Of a stretch of 64,000 nt of DNA, positions 62,739 through 64,000 are shown piece after piece (position 1 is the stretch's first letter; each line of letters starts with the position of its first letter). A model generated the notes under the pieces. That model ran no database searches. It saw only the letters and a program-made list of their open reading frames with translations, and had not been told where the DNA came from. The stretch spans positions 15,220,633 through 15,284,632 of the forward strand of contig OZ037769.1 in the NCBI GenBank assembly GCA_964035545.1, written 5' to 3'. Both the position numbers and the translations under genes were made by a program. The stretch comes from Bugula neritina (Eukaryota; Animalia; Bryozoa).

Positions 62739-62802
<64 letters not shown>

Positions 62803-62837
62803 TTGTATAATGTTGTACTGCAACCAGATAAAAATAT

Positions 62838-64000
62838 AATAACAAAATAAGCTCGCAGCTTTTACCTTCAAGTTTGTTAATTCAGTTGTCTGTATCTTGT
62901 ACTTCCTCTGTACACCTTCTCCAGGAAGGACTTTCAAACTGACATCATATCTCTACACTACGTAAAATAATAACAACATTGCTAATTTCACAATAATTTT
63001 GTAACGTTATCCAGGACAAAAGGTTTCTACTCTTAAAATGTTTGGCAGCGATGTCATTTTCAAAATTGATGAAAGACATGCATTATACCATGACATAAAA
63101 GACACCATACTACATTATATATGTTACTTATAGTCTGTATAGAGATAGTATTTAATGTTTGGTTTATAAGAATACAAAAATAAATATTCAAGAAATTAAA
63201 TAAATTATAATAATATACAACGATGGTATGTCTTACCTTATAGAAATTATTTCTGCATATAATGTGTGTTGAATGATCCCAGCTGAAACAGCGTTAGTAT
63301 CACATATGCTTCCTCTTTTCAACTTCTTAATCTAATAAACTTATCCCACTTACTAACTTCTCACACGATAGGAGTAACTTGAAGCATCGTCTCACATCAT
63401 GTGACGTGTTTATGGAGGAAAAACACTCCATATAAGGAGTGTTAACTCTACAGACGTACCTTGATAAGATAATTCTATTTAAAAAAGTATTCTGTAGGCT
63501 ATGCATATTACAACATAGTAAAGTTCAAACGTTGAAAAGTTTCATAGCTGTGTTCCATTATTTGTAATGTTCATGTATAACATAATATAGTTATATATTA
63601 ACAGTATATAGCAGGGATGTGTACATTGTAGGCCTCCCATGATGTGTATATAATGATAACACTCTGCATATTAATAACTTTAGTTAACTTTATGTAAAAA
63701 CAGTGATAGATGATAAGAAGAGTTTACAATACCTTTTAGAATCCAAGATGGAGTTTAAATATTGACTCTTTAGTTCTATCAGAGATAAAACCAGTTTCAA
63801 ATTTATTACACATGTTGGCAGCCCAAGGAATGAATCTAGTTTATTTCCAATAAACTTATGCAATAATAAGATATTTCATTGATTCTAACTTTTCGTTCCA
63901 ACAGTGGGTGCCATGCAACTAAACTTCGGATGAGAAGAAATATAGATTGTCATGTGATTATATAGGTCAGGTGGAAATTGAGGCAATAAAGCCTATTGAG
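62838..64000. repeat. Segmental duplication, copy 2 (paralogous to 40765-41915)
   Basis: Collinear similarity up to the end of the window. Confidence 0.9.

Overview
AT-rich, intron-containing animal (probably invertebrate) genomic DNA with many (TA)n microsatellites; the YIYIY-type ORFs are artefacts of these. Host genes: two convergent, multi-exon atlastin/GBP-like (GB1/RHD3) GTPase paralogues, the + copy a clear pseudogene and the - copy with one apparently frameshifted exon; an intact 4-exon ependymin-related gene (42797-44544); and fragments of a multi-TM membrane protein gene. The main feature is a 12.6-kb decayed Polinton/Maverick (adintovirus-like) endogenous virus at 14889-27469 inside the last intron of the - strand GTPase gene. 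It carries an ATPase, major and minor capsid, protease-cleavable core proteins, pPolB, a cysteine protease and three fibre-like paralogues, but no integrase, and has an unusual nested/extended TIR. Also present: a 271-bp tandem hammerhead-ribozyme repeat (retrozyme-like) next to a Penelope element; four Penelope fragments, three with minimal hammerheads; an RTE-like LINE; a BEL/Pao element interrupted by a CAC-terminal MITE; an internally deleted Gypsy-like element; a piggyBac MITE; and a ~1.15-kb segmental duplication. All calls come from reading motifs by eye; no searches were run.
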